Below are positions 24,471 through 24,842 of a stretch of DNA of 24,842 nt, piece by piece. Positions within the stretch are counted from its first letter, which is position 1; each line of letters begins with the position of its first letter. Source of the DNA: a virus (taxonomy: Duplodnaviria > Caudoviricetes); the IMG/VR virus record IMGVR_UViG_3300037424_002166, positions 1 through 24,842 of that record. One strand, given 5' to 3'. The position numbers and the translations under genes were made by a program. The notes under the pieces are model-generated. The model had not been told where the DNA came from. It saw only the letters and a program-made list of their open reading frames with translations, and ran no database searches.

Positions 24471-24842
24471 CGGAGCGAATAGGCGGCGAACGGTCCGTGA
24501 GCCGGTGAGCCGACAGGCGAACTTGAGCGGAGCTCGTCGGAGCGAATAGGCGGCGAACGGTCCGTGAGCCGGTGAGCCGGTAGGCGAACTTGAGCGGAGC
24601 TCGTCGGAGCGAATAGGCGGCGAACGGTCCGTGAGCCGGTGAGCCGACAGGCGAACTTGAGCGGAGCTCGTCGGAGCGAACAGGCGGCGAACGGTCCGTG
24701 AGCCGGTGAGCCGGTAGGCGAACTTGAGCGGAGCTCGTCGGAGCGAATAGGCGGCGAACGGTCCGTGAGCCGGTGAGCCGGTAGGCGAACTTGAGCGGAG
24801 CTCGTCGGAGCGAATAGGCGGCGAACGGTCCGTGAGCCGGTG
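24471..24842 (+). repeat. 67-bp tandem repeat array, at least 5.5 copies, runs off window
   Basis: Units start 24471, 24538, 24605, 24672, 24739, 24806; no spacers. Confidence 0.97.

Larger units (their letters stand above)
1..24842. mobile_element. Temperate tailed phage genome segment, probably in excised/attP configuration
   Basis: terS-terL-portal-protease module, tyrosine integrase next to a tRNA 3' fragment, Xis-like HTH, many small co-oriented ORFs, no host housekeeping genes. Confidence 0.92.

Noticed and set aside
24471-24842. CRISPR array
   Set aside because: Units are contiguous and near-identical with no unique spacers; no cas genes in window

Overview
The window is about 25 kb of a temperate tailed phage. 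The host is tentatively Chloroflexota/Anaerolineae-like, inferred from protein style only. The minus strand carries a late operon (holin-like, terS, terL, portal with a repetitive C-terminal tail, fibre-like protein, SH3 protein, then a prohead protease running off the left edge with a nested in-frame start). It also carries a long early operon of small genes (LexA-type DNA-binding domain, membrane protein, RNase H, SH3 lipoprotein, ASCH, zinc fingers) containing an iteron/DnaA-box origin. A plus-strand tyrosine recombinase abuts a tRNA-His-like 3' fragment (attP-like). It is followed by a leaderless Xis-like HTH, a Dam-like methyltransferase, a SLOG/SWIM/OB-fold module, a leaderless radical SAM gene and a terminal 67-bp tandem array. 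Most notable features the ORF track does not explain: (1) decayed integron attC-bounded gene cassettes embedded in the early operon; (2) a probable +1 frameshift (CCC_UUU_CGU_C) adding a zinc finger to a membrane protein; (3) a strand-specific family of hairpins with tandem G.A mismatches, culminating in the 67-bp array; (4) a switch/terminator leader in front of the late operon and a promoter-driven hairpin-dense ncRNA candidate. All calls come from reading the sequence by eye; no searches were run.
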